Positions 9,789-18,869 of a DNA stretch of 64,000 nt are shown one piece after another. Location: positions 4,364 to 68,363 of the forward strand of contig JBBRAY010000017.1 in NCBI GenBank assembly GCA_038206355.1, given 5' to 3'. The position numbers were made by a program, and so were the translations under genes. The notes below the pieces were generated by a model. It saw only the letters and a program-made list of their open reading frames with translations, made no database searches and was not told the origin of the DNA. This DNA comes from Bacteroidia bacterium. Its GTDB lineage: Bacteria; Bacteroidota; Bacteroidia; AKYH767-A; 2013-40CM-41-45. Numbering within the stretch: the stretch's first letter is position 1; each line of letters begins with the position of its first letter.

Positions 9789-11024
9789 ATGAAAAAGAAT
9801 TGTGTCATCTGTATTTTGATTTTGTTTTTGGGCAGTAGTTGTCTTAAAATAAATGCACAGGTAATTTCTCTCGATTCCATTCTAACGGCTGTGGAGACAA
9901 ATTACCCGATGCTTAAAATGTATGATGAAAAAATAAAAGCACTAAACGCAAATGCCGAAGGGGCGAAGTCATGGATGCCACCGCAATTCGGGGTTGGTTT
10001 GTTTATGACACCTTACAATTTTCAAAAGGATATGGGGGCTGTTATGCTTAGCGGCGAACAAATGATTCCAAATCCGGTGAAACTATCAGCAAATAAAAAA
10101 TACATGCAAAGTATGTCGGCCGTAGAATCAGATAGTAAATCCTATTCAAAGAACCAGATGTTCGGAATGGCAAAAATGATTTACTACGATTGGGTGGTGA
10201 TGAAGATGAAAAAACTCGTGCTTACCCGGAATGAAGAACTTTTGAATTTTACCATTGCCAGTGCAGAAAACAGGTACCCCTATGGTAAAGAAAAATTAAA
10301 TAATATTTATAAAGCCAAAGCCCAATTGTATGAAGTTTATAATATGCAGTTAATGCTTGACAAAGACATTTCTCAGATGAGGATTGCACTGAACACGTTG
10401 TTGAACGTTGATAAAAATACAACGTTTGATGTAGACACCAACTTTATAATCCAAAATTATGATGTCAGCTTGGTGGATATTTCATCGTTTAAATCTTTTC
10501 GCAGTGACATCAAACTGGCAGAGTCACAAATCAGCATGATGCAATACAAACAGCAGCTTGAAAAGAATGCCCGACTTCCTGATTTTGGTATCAGGTACGA
10601 TCATATGAATACCCTGGGTAAGTCTTCTAATCTCTTTTCAATTATGGGAATGATTACCATCCCAATTGCTCCATGGTCTTCAGGTATGTACAAGGCAAAT
10701 GTGAAAGGCCTCGGATTTGAAATTCAATCCAAGCAGTTTCTAAAAGTGGACATCGTAAATGAAGCAGCCGGTAAACTGGAAGATTTGCGAATACAAATTA
10801 AATTCAAAAAACAGCAATTGATTCTTTACAGTGATAGCATATTGCCGGCTCTTAAAAACAACTATCAGATTACAATAATAGCATATGATCAAAATACCGA
10901 TGATTTATTCATGGTTCTTGACGCATGGCAAATGCTCAACATGAAAGAATTGGAATATTACGACCGTGTGGGTGAACTTTTGCAGTTGCAAGTCGGCTAT
11001 GAAAAAGAAATTGAAAAGCGATAA
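9789..11024 (+). CDS. TolC-like outer-membrane efflux channel (CusC/CzcC-type OMF)
   Basis: Signal peptide, then the typical OMF N-terminal helix (LDSILTAVETNYPMLKMYDEKIKALNANAEGAKS). About 410 aa with coiled-coil repeats. It lies between the RND permease and the adaptor genes. Confidence 0.75.
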   Translation: MKKNCVICILILFLGSSCLKINAQVISLDSILTAVETNYPMLKMYDEKIKALNANAEGAKSWMPPQFGVGLFMTPYNFQKDMGAVMLSGEQMIPNPVKLSANKKYMQSMSAVESDSKSYSKNQMFGMAKMIYYDWVVMKMKKLVLTRNEELLNFTIASAENRYPYGKEKLNNIYKAKAQLYEVYNMQLMLDKDISQMRIALNTLLNVDKNTTFDVDTNFIIQNYDVSLVDISSFKSFRSDIKLAESQISMMQYKQQLEKNARLPDFGIRYDHMNTLGKSSNLFSIMGMITIPIAPWSSGMYKANVKGLGFEIQSKQFLKVDIVNEAAGKLEDLRIQIKFKKQQLILYSDSILPALKNNYQITIIAYDQNTDDLFMVLDAWQMLNMKELEYYDRVGELLQLQVGYEKEIEKR

Positions 11025-11027
11025 AGG

Positions 11028-12320
11028 ATGATTAACAGAAAAAATAAATTAAATAAAATATTCTTCATCGTAACGATTTCAATTTCGGCGGCCTTTCTAT
11101 TTGGCTGTAATGAAAATAATTCATCACATGATGATCACAATCATTTGACTGAAAATAAAATATATACCTGCTCCATGCATCCGCAGATCATTCGAAATGC
11201 CCCAGGGAACTGCCCAATTTGCGGAATGAAGCTGATTGAAAAAACACAAGGCGTATCACTTGATGGAAACATCAACATCACTGATGTGGTAAAACCAACA
11301 GATGAATCTGTAATTTCAAATGTAAAAACTTTCACGGTAAAAGAATTGATTTTTCGACCTAAAATTACAAGTATTGGAAGTATTGAATATGACACCAGAA
11401 GATTTACAAACATTGCATCAACAATTGACGGGCGTATAGAGCATCTGTATGTTAAGTACCAATATCAGGTGATTCATAAAGGAGAAAAACTATACGATAT
11501 TTATAGTCCGGCTTTACAGACTGAAGTACAGAACTTAATTTATCTTTTAAATCATGAATCGGATAATTCCAATTTAGTTATTGCTTCAAAACTGAAATTG
11601 AAATTACTTGGTTTGTCGCATATGCAGCTTGATGAAATATCAACAAACAAACAAGCAACTGCTACCCTCAGCATTTACAGCCCGGCCGACGGATACGTTA
11701 TAGACAATTCAATGAATGTCGTTTCTTCAAATCAGTCCATGCCAATGGCTACCTTATCACAAAATAAATCTGCATCTACTAATTCTTTTTCAATGAAAGA
11801 AGGGCAGTATGTTAAACAAGGGGAAACCGTTTTTAAAGTCATCAACACACAGAAGGTTTGGGCAGTGATGAATATATATGCCGATGAAATTAATCACATT
11901 TCGAAAGGACAATCAGTAAAACTGATAATGGATAATATGCGGGATGACACGTTGATCACAAAAATTGATTTTGTGGAACCCGTGTTTGATTCCGGCAACA
12001 AATTTTTAAAGCTCCGCGCCTATCTCGATAATCCTACGGGCATGTTGATTCGCGGCAATTTATTTCACTCATATATTCAAACAGAACTCACATCAGGATT
12101 TTGGATCCCGAAATCTGCAGTGCTTGATTTAGGCAAAGAAAAAGTAGTGTATGTTCAAAATGAAAATATGTTTTATGCCCGCTTGATAACCACCGGCGCC
12201 GCCGTAAATCAGCATGTGCGTATTACTGCCGGATTACATTCAGGAGAAACAATTGCATCAAACGCACAGTATCTAATGGATAGTGAAAGTTTTATAAAAA
12301 TTAAAACACATGAAAATTAA
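11028..12320 (+). CDS. RND periplasmic adaptor (CusB-like membrane fusion protein) with an N-terminal CxxC heavy-metal-binding domain
   Basis: Lipobox FLFGCNEN. The motif YTCSMHPQIIRNAPGNCPICGMKL matches the YxCPMHP...CPxCGM metal-binding domain found at CusB N-termini. The rest is a membrane-fusion-protein beta-barrel/lipoyl-like body. Confidence 0.8.
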   Translation: MINRKNKLNKIFFIVTISISAAFLFGCNENNSSHDDHNHLTENKIYTCSMHPQIIRNAPGNCPICGMKLIEKTQGVSLDGNINITDVVKPTDESVISNVKTFTVKELIFRPKITSIGSIEYDTRRFTNIASTIDGRIEHLYVKYQYQVIHKGEKLYDIYSPALQTEVQNLIYLLNHESDNSNLVIASKLKLKLLGLSHMQLDEISTNKQATATLSIYSPADGYVIDNSMNVVSSNQSMPMATLSQNKSASTNSFSMKEGQYVKQGETVFKVINTQKVWAVMNIYADEINHISKGQSVKLIMDNMRDDTLITKIDFVEPVFDSGNKFLKLRAYLDNPTGMLIRGNLFHSYIQTELTSGFWIPKSAVLDLGKEKVVYVQNENMFYARLITTGAAVNQHVRITAGLHSGETIASNAQYLMDSESFIKIKTHEN

Positions 12321-13413
12321 TATACTGCCACTTTTTTTTCTTCTAATATTATTTTCCTGTAATAAAAACAAGGAAAAGCAAATGAATATGACGGAAGAAG
12401 AACACAGCTCAATGAACAAATTTATATTCAGTGAAGCACAACTGAAACTCGCCAACATTAAGGTGGAATCAATTGAAATGAAAAACATTTCGGAAGAAAT
12501 ACTATTAACCGGAAAGATCGTACCTGATGAAAATAATGCCACTCAAATCAATTCCCGAATCATGGGGCGAATTGATAAGTTGTATTTCAAATACGCAGGA
12601 GAAAGTATCCATAAAGGAAATTTACTATTTGAAATTTATAGTGAAGATTTAATGGTCGCTCAGCGAGATTATTTGCTTGCCCTGCAGCAAACAGAAAACA
12701 AATCTTATAACCACGAATACCTGAAACAGCTAAAAACATCTTCAAAAAACAAGTTAATTCTTTGGGGCTTGACTGAATTGCAGCTTGCTGAACTGGAAAA
12801 AACCAAAAAAATAAATTCAACTACAAATATTTACAGTGATGTCAGCGGCATCATAACCGATGTAACGGTACGCGAAGGAGATTATGTAATGGAGGGCACC
12901 CCTGTATATAAACTAAATGATCTGTCATCGCTTTGGGTGGAAGCTCAATTGTATTCCAATGAACTGCAATCGGTAAAAAAAAATACAGAAGCAGAAATAA
13001 TAGTTGATGGTTTCACCAATCAAAGTCTAAAGACGAAAATTTCATTTATCAATCCCGAACTGAACAACAACAGTATTGTAAATATCGTCCGTGCAGGAAT
13101 TCCAAATGCTGATTATAAATTAAAACCCGGCATGATGGCAACTATCCGAATAAAAACAAAATCAAAAAATGCTTTGGTGCTCCCGGTAGATGCAGTACTT
13201 CAGGAACCGGATGGTAGTTCGGTATGGGTACAAAATAGCGATGGATCATTTAAGAATAAAATGGTAATGACAGGCATCAGAAATAAAAACGAACTGGAAA
13301 TAACGATGGGATTGAATGCCGGTGAGAAAGTTGTGGTAAGCGGGGCCTATCTCATCAACAGCGAATTCAGACTCAAGCAAGATTCAGATCCAATGGCAGG
13401 AATGAAAATGTAA
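12310..13413 (+). CDS. Second RND periplasmic adaptor (membrane fusion protein paralog) lacking the metal-binding module
   Basis: Lipobox LFSCNKN. It has the hairpin/lipoyl/beta-barrel organisation of a membrane fusion protein and a Met-rich C-terminus (DPMAGMKM). It overlaps the upstream adaptor gene by 11 nt. Confidence 0.7.
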   Translation: MKINILPLFFLLILFSCNKNKEKQMNMTEEEHSSMNKFIFSEAQLKLANIKVESIEMKNISEEILLTGKIVPDENNATQINSRIMGRIDKLYFKYAGESIHKGNLLFEIYSEDLMVAQRDYLLALQQTENKSYNHEYLKQLKTSSKNKLILWGLTELQLAELEKTKKINSTTNIYSDVSGIITDVTVREGDYVMEGTPVYKLNDLSSLWVEAQLYSNELQSVKKNTEAEIIVDGFTNQSLKTKISFINPELNNNSIVNIVRAGIPNADYKLKPGMMATIRIKTKSKNALVLPVDAVLQEPDGSSVWVQNSDGSFKNKMVMTGIRNKNELEITMGLNAGEKVVVSGAYLINSEFRLKQDSDPMAGMKM

Positions 13414-13510
13414 ATTGAAAAAACAATAATATTTCCTCAAGAAAATATTAATTTGTCAAATAGAATGATTAAAATAACCTATTTTCATTAATTCAAAACT
13501 CAAAATAACC

Positions 13511-13780
13511 ATGAGAAAATCAAACATCATTTTAACGGCAGCATTTGCTTTAATGCTTTGCGCCTGCAGTACTTCATCCAACAAGAATGAACAATCAAAT
13601 GCTACTGATAGCGCTGGAGTTCAAAGTACGGCCATGGAACAAATTTTTAATCTGGATACCACAATCCTGGCAAGTGGAGCAACATTTTATCAGTGTGAAA
13701 TGGATCCCGAAGTTCTTTCAGACAATCCCGGTAGTTGTCCTAAATGCGGAATGTATCTATCGGCGCGTAAGAAAAATTAA
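13511..13780 (+). CDS. Small lipoprotein carrying a variant CxxC heavy-metal-binding domain
   Basis: Lipobox LMLCACS. The C-terminus (FYQCEMDPEVLSDNPGSCPKCGMYL) is a variant of the YxCPMHPE..CPxCGM module. Confidence 0.6.
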   Translation: MRKSNIILTAAFALMLCACSTSSNKNEQSNATDSAGVQSTAMEQIFNLDTTILASGATFYQCEMDPEVLSDNPGSCPKCGMYLSARKKN

Positions 13781-13886
13781 AGAGCTCCCAAACGCAAATG
13801 TATTCGATATGGATCCATTGAAAAAGATGATGCTTGCATCCTCGCAATTACTCTTATAAACGCAACAAGCGCTAAAAAATAAACCG

Positions 13887-14099
13887 GTGGAAAGTAACCT
13901 TATTCTGAATGCTGTAATTAAATGTCCGGTTTGTGGTTTCAGCAAAATAGAAATAATGCCGGTTGATGCCTGTCAGTACTTTTATGAATGTGAAAATTGC
14001 AAAACCATCCTCAAACCTAAGCCCCGTGATTGCTGCGTTTATTGCAGTTATGGATCAGTAAAATGTCCTTCAAAACAGGAAGGAAAAAGTTGTTGCTAA
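13887..14099 (+). CDS. GDCCVxC-family small cysteine-rich metal-binding protein
   Basis: 70 aa with CPVCGF, CENCK, PRDCCVYC and a C-terminal KSCC. The RDCCVYC core matches the GDCCVxC domain signature seen in heavy-metal loci. Confidence 0.55.
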   Translation: MESNLILNAVIKCPVCGFSKIEIMPVDACQYFYECENCKTILKPKPRDCCVYCSYGSVKCPSKQEGKSCC

Positions 14100-14721
14100 A
14101 CTAATCAGTTTAAACTTGAAATAGCATAGAATAAAAACCACCGGAATACATCGGGAAAACATTTTGGAAACGAAAGCTGAAAATGAAGTAAGTTGACTTT
14201 AAACTTACATCAAAATTTCAATATACTTTTAAGAACTATTTTACTTACGAATTTACATAAGTGTTATTGATGTCTTTATATTCTGAACGAGTCAACCTTT
14301 AATATGAGAAAGATCATCTCAATGAATGACAAAAGTCAGATAAATAAGATTCCGCTATTTCCATATTTACTACACAAAAGATGTACAAATCCCTGAATAG
14401 AAATTGATGTCTGGATGCCGATCAATGGAAGGAATATTTTACTTCATAATATGTGCATTATAACCAACTGAAAATGTCGGCGCATTACATCAGGAGCAAA
14501 TTTTGCCCCATGCAAGTGAATGCGTTTACACCTTCTGCATTGAATGGAAATATTCAGATCGACAACGTTTTAATGCGAAAGTCATTTATAGAAACTTTCT
14601 CCGGCTTACAGTCCTGACATATGAATTATGTAACTATTTCCAATAATTATATAATGCCCTTCATTAAAAAAAAAGGATCTTTGATGAAAGTAAAATCATT
14701 TAAATATTAAACACAAATAAA

Positions 14722-14835
14722 ATGATGAACGAACATTCATGGGGTTGGGGAATGGGTTATGGTATGTGGATCATTCCAATTATACTTCTCATTATTGTTG
14801 TCTTTACTTTAAGAAACAGACGGAGAAAAAAATAA
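14722..14835 (+). CDS. Possible 37-aa single-pass membrane mini-protein (MMNEHSWGWGMGYGMWIIPIILLIIVVFTLRNRRRKK)
   Basis: It is the only coding-like ORF in an 840-bp gap. It has a strongly hydrophobic core followed by a basic tail. It lies just upstream of the Met-rich chaperone gene and is below the ORF-track length cutoff. Confidence 0.25.
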   Translation: MMNEHSWGWGMGYGMWIIPIILLIIVVFTLRNRRRKK

Positions 14836-14937
14836 TAAGACTGTATTAATTTTTAATGACGCAATATACATCCGGGCGACAGCGATACTGAAGAGCGGGT
14901 AACAGCGCCTCTGAAATATATTTAAACTAAATTTAAA

Positions 14938-15399
14938 ATGAAAAACAAAAAAATGATTGCCGCCATGTTTGCTTCAATGCTCATGCTGGTTGTATGCATT
15001 ACTTCAGGTAATTCTTTTGCACAAACCAAGACCGATTCTACAATGATGAAAGATTGCTGTTTGATGAAGGATGGTAAAATGATGCAAATGATGGACGGCA
15101 AAATGATGCCAATGGAAAAAGACATGACCATGAAAAATGGAACCATGTGTATGACCAATGGCGAATGTGTGATGAAAGATGGAACAAAGATGATGATGAA
15201 AGATGGAGATTGTATGGACATGAGTGGCAAGATGGATAATTGCGCCATGATGATGAAAGGTTCAAAAAGTGGAACCAAAATGGAAAGTGATAAAAAGGAT
15301 GTGGCTATGACTTACACTTGCCCAATGCATCCCGAAGTTACAAGTGACAAAGCAGGGAAATGCCCGAAATGCGGAATGGATCTGATGGAGAAGAAGTAA
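14938..15399 (+). CDS. Secreted Met/Cys-rich copper-binding protein with degenerate MKDG(K)MM repeats and a C-terminal CxxC metal-binding domain
   Basis: Signal peptide. About 75 aa contain >25 Met plus Cys pairs (MMKDCCLMKDGKMMQMMDGKMMPMEKDMTMKNGTMCMTNGECVMKDGTKMMMKDGDCMDMSGKMDNCAMMMKG). The C-terminus (YTCPMHPEVTSDKAGKCPKCGMDL) is the canonical metal-binding motif. Confidence 0.7.
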   Translation: MKNKKMIAAMFASMLMLVVCITSGNSFAQTKTDSTMMKDCCLMKDGKMMQMMDGKMMPMEKDMTMKNGTMCMTNGECVMKDGTKMMMKDGDCMDMSGKMDNCAMMMKGSKSGTKMESDKKDVAMTYTCPMHPEVTSDKAGKCPKCGMDLMEKK

Positions 15400-15420
15400 C
15401 AAAAAAACTGACTTCTAAAT

Positions 15421-17469
15421 ATGAATATGACGCATACGGATCACTCAAAGATGAATCATTCGGAACACGGGAATGTTCCAATGGGAATGGCAGGTCATAA
15501 TCATCACAAAATGATGATTGATGATTTCAAGCGACGATTTTATGTGACGCTTGTCATTACCCTTCCTGTCATGCTGCTTTCGCCAATGATTCAGCATTGG
15601 TTCCATTTCACCATTGCGTTTCCCGGGTCAACTTATTTACTATTCGGCCTCTCAACTGTTGTCTTTTTTTATGGCGGGCTGCCTTTCCTGAAAGGAATCG
15701 TTGATGAACTAAAACAGAAAACGCCCGGCATGATGACATTGATCGCAGTGGCTATTACTACTGCCTATGCCTACAGCGTTGCTACCGTTTTTGGCTTACA
15801 TGGGATGGATTTTTTCTGGGAACTCTGTACCTTGATCTTAATCATGTTACTTGGGCACTGGATTGAAATGAAATCCGTAGCAGGAGCTTCGAAAGAACTG
15901 GAACTCCTCGTGCAACTTATGCCTTCTGATGCACATATGATTATGCCGGCCCACAAAGGTTCAGGCGCCGGTGAAATGATACATGAAGTAAAAACAGATT
16001 CACTGAAAGAAGGTGACCTGATTTTAATTAAGCCCGGAGAAAAAGTTGCTGCAGATGGAATCATTTCCCACGGAGAAAGCTACCTGAATGAATCCATGCT
16101 CACCGGAGAATCTGTCCCCGTAAAAAAGAACAAGGGAGAAAAAGTTATTGCAGGATCTATCAATGGCAATGGCTCATTAAAAGTTACGGTGAGTCATTCA
16201 TCAAAAGACTCCTATCTTTCACGCGTAATCAAACTGGTGAATGACGCACAAAAAGCAAAATCAAAAACCCAGCTACTCGTTGATAAGGCAGCACAGATAC
16301 TTACCATCGTTGCACTCGCATCAGGTTTTGCTACATTTTTTTTCTGGTGGTTAATTGCTAAGGAAACACCTGTATTTGCCATTGAGAGAATGGTAACTGT
16401 GATCGTAATCTGCTGCCCGCATGCACTTGGGCTTGCAGTACCATTGGTGGTTGCAATCTCAACATCACTATCTGCTAAAAACGGCCTGCTTATAAAAAAC
16501 AGAACGTCTTTTGAGAATGCAAGGAAAATTACCACCGTCATATTTGACAAAACAGGAACACTCACTTATGGAAAGTTTGAAGTGGCAAGAATAAAAATCT
16601 TAAAACCGGGGCTGGATGAAAAAGAAATCATCCGCATTTCAGCAGCACTCGAACAAAACTCTGAACATCCGATCGCAACAGGAATCATTGCAAAAGCTAA
16701 AGAATTTTCACTTAACATTCCCACGGTAAATAATTTCAGGGCCATCACAGGAAAAGGAATAGAAGCTGAGTTGGAAGGGAAGAATGTCAAAGTTGTAAGT
16801 CCGGGTTATTTACGTGAGAAAAACATTCATTTACCTGACAATGATTCCGGGACCGCTGCCGAAACCATTGTATTTGTTATTGTCAATGATGAGTTGACCG
16901 GATACATTTCACTGGCAGATAAAATCAGACCTGAATCAGCAGAAGCAATTAAAATACTCCATGAAAACAATATCAAATCCATTTTACTCACCGGTGACAA
17001 TGCAAAAGTTGCAAAGAGTGTAAGTGATGAATTAAAAATGGATGGCTTCTTTGCTGAAGTATTACCACATCAAAAACTTGAAAAAATAAAAGAGTTGCAA
17101 AGCAAAGGTGAGTTCATTGCTATGACAGGCGACGGAGTAAACGATGCGCCTGCACTGGCTCAGGCAGATATCGGAATTGCAGTTGGCAGTGGCAGCGACA
17201 TTGCAGCAGAAACCGCGGGAATCGTTCTTGTCAACAGCAATCCAAAAGACATTTCAAGTCTGATCCTTTTTGGAAAAGCTACCTACAGAAAAATGATTCA
17301 GAATTTAATCTGGGCGACAGGATACAATGTCATCGCACTTCCTTTGGCTGCAGGCGTGCTTTACAAATGGGGAATAATGCTGAGTCCGGCGGCAGGAGCA
17401 GTACTGATGAGCGTTAGTACAATCGTTGTTGCCATTAATGCAAAAATGCTTCGGGTTACAAATAAATGA
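15421..17469 (+). CDS. Heavy-metal-translocating P1B-type ATPase, CPH-type (P1B-3/CopB-like) with a His-rich N-terminus
   Basis: His-rich MNMTHTDHSKMNHSEHGNVPMGMAGHNHHKMM N-terminus. TM6 carries CPH (VICCPHALGLAVP) rather than CPC. DKTGTLT, TGDN and GDGVNDAPAL motifs are present. No ferredoxin-like GMxCxxC N-terminal domain. Confidence 0.9.
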   Translation: MNMTHTDHSKMNHSEHGNVPMGMAGHNHHKMMIDDFKRRFYVTLVITLPVMLLSPMIQHWFHFTIAFPGSTYLLFGLSTVVFFYGGLPFLKGIVDELKQKTPGMMTLIAVAITTAYAYSVATVFGLHGMDFFWELCTLILIMLLGHWIEMKSVAGASKELELLVQLMPSDAHMIMPAHKGSGAGEMIHEVKTDSLKEGDLILIKPGEKVAADGIISHGESYLNESMLTGESVPVKKNKGEKVIAGSINGNGSLKVTVSHSSKDSYLSRVIKLVNDAQKAKSKTQLLVDKAAQILTIVALASGFATFFFWWLIAKETPVFAIERMVTVIVICCPHALGLAVPLVVAISTSLSAKNGLLIKNRTSFENARKITTVIFDKTGTLTYGKFEVARIKILKPGLDEKEIIRISAALEQNSEHPIATGIIAKAKEFSLNIPTVNNFRAITGKGIEAELEGKNVKVVSPGYLREKNIHLPDNDSGTAAETIVFVIVNDELTGYISLADKIRPESAEAIKILHENNIKSILLTGDNAKVAKSVSDELKMDGFFAEVLPHQKLEKIKELQSKGEFIAMTGDGVNDAPALAQADIGIAVGSGSDIAAETAGIVLVNSNPKDISSLILFGKATYRKMIQNLIWATGYNVIALPLAAGVLYKWGIMLSPAAGAVLMSVSTIVVAINAKMLRVTNK

Positions 17470-17532
17470 CGAACTATTTTTTCATTCAATTGATTTCGTC
17501 AAAAATGAAGAAAGTAATTTCAGTTGCGAAGG

Positions 17533-18843
17533 TCACACCACTTCCGCCACCACAAATGTACTCCCGCCCACAAACACAAGATCATTCTCCTCTGCGGAAG
17601 ATTGAGCGGCATTAAGGGCTGCAGCCACAGACGGATAACTTTCACCTGTAAGATCAAATTCCTTCGCCTTATCTTTCAAATCATTTGCATCAAGTGCCCT
17701 TGGAATACCTGCCTTACAGAAATAATAAGTGGCATCTGAAGGCAGCAACTTAAGAACAGATGCAACCTCTTTGTCGTTCACCATTCCCAGTACAAAATGT
17801 AAATGACGGAAAGGGATTTTTGAAAGCTGATTAACTACTTCAAAAACTCCGGATTCATTGTGCCCTACATCACAAATGGTCAGTGGATTATCACTGATCC
17901 GTTGCCAGCGACCCAAAAGTCCTGTGAGTTGCTTTACGTTTTTCAATCCACCGGAAATGTGCTCATCATTTATTTTCCATCCCTTTATTTGTAACAGTCG
18001 AACAGTCTCAAGAACTGCAATTATATTTTTAGACTGATAGCTTCCTTTGAGATCAACCTCATAATGTTGAATAGAACTGCTGTTGTCCTCAACTGCAATC
18101 ACATTGAAAGCTGCATTTTCCCTTATCACATTTGCGTTGAATTTTTGAGAAGCAAATACAATAGGACTTTTCAATTCTTCAGCACGATGAATAAATACAT
18201 GATCAATGCTTTCATTTATCTCGCCGATCACAGTAGGAACTCCCCGCTTGATGATGCCTGCTTTTTCAGTTGCAATTTTTTCGAGCGTGTTCCCCAAAAG
18301 ATTGGTATGGTCAAAACTGATATTGGTAATTACGCATATTTCCGGAGTGATTACGTTGGTGGAGTCGAGACGCCCGCCCAGACCGGTTTCAATTACTGCG
18401 ATGTCCACTTTTTCACGCGCAAAATAATCGAAGCATAAACCTACCGTCCATTCAAAAAATGACAGATCGATTTTTTCAAATTGCGATTTATGGTTTTCAA
18501 CAAATGAAACTAATTCCGTATCAGGAATCATCTCACCGTTTATTTTAATCCGCTCACGAAAATCCTTCAGATGTGGAGAAGTATAAAGTCCTGTTTTATA
18601 ACCTGCTTTCTGCAAAATGGCGGCAAGCATATGCGAGGTACTACCCTTCCCATTCGTTCCCGCAACGTGAATACTTTTGAATTTTGTCTCAGGATGCTTA
18701 AGAATTTCGCAAAGCGCCAATGTGTTTTTCAGATCTGCTTTATACGCAGCAGCACCAATGCGCTGATACATCGGTAGTCGGGAAAATAAATAATCAAGTG
18801 TTTCCTTGTAAGTCATCTGATCAGGCAAAGAAAGAGGAAACAA
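17533..18843 (-). CDS. folC: Bifunctional folylpolyglutamate synthase / dihydrofolate synthase
   Basis: P-loop HVAGTNGKGST and Mur-ligase-family central and C-terminal domains. 436 aa. Confidence 0.85.
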   Translation of the reverse strand: MFPLSLPDQMTYKETLDYLFSRLPMYQRIGAAAYKADLKNTLALCEILKHPETKFKSIHVAGTNGKGSTSHMLAAILQKAGYKTGLYTSPHLKDFRERIKINGEMIPDTELVSFVENHKSQFEKIDLSFFEWTVGLCFDYFAREKVDIAVIETGLGGRLDSTNVITPEICVITNISFDHTNLLGNTLEKIATEKAGIIKRGVPTVIGEINESIDHVFIHRAEELKSPIVFASQKFNANVIRENAAFNVIAVEDNSSSIQHYEVDLKGSYQSKNIIAVLETVRLLQIKGWKINDEHISGGLKNVKQLTGLLGRWQRISDNPLTICDVGHNESGVFEVVNQLSKIPFRHLHFVLGMVNDKEVASVLKLLPSDATYYFCKAGIPRALDANDLKDKAKEFDLTGESYPSVAAALNAAQSSAEENDLVFVGGSTFVVAEVV

Positions 18844-18869
18844 CTAAATGAAAAGAAGTAAAGGAATAA

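Noticed and set aside
14922-15278. 118-aa minus-strand ORF
   Set aside because: It is antisense to the Met-rich chaperone gene. Its low-complexity His/Ser-rich translation is a mirror artefact of the ATG-rich sense strand.
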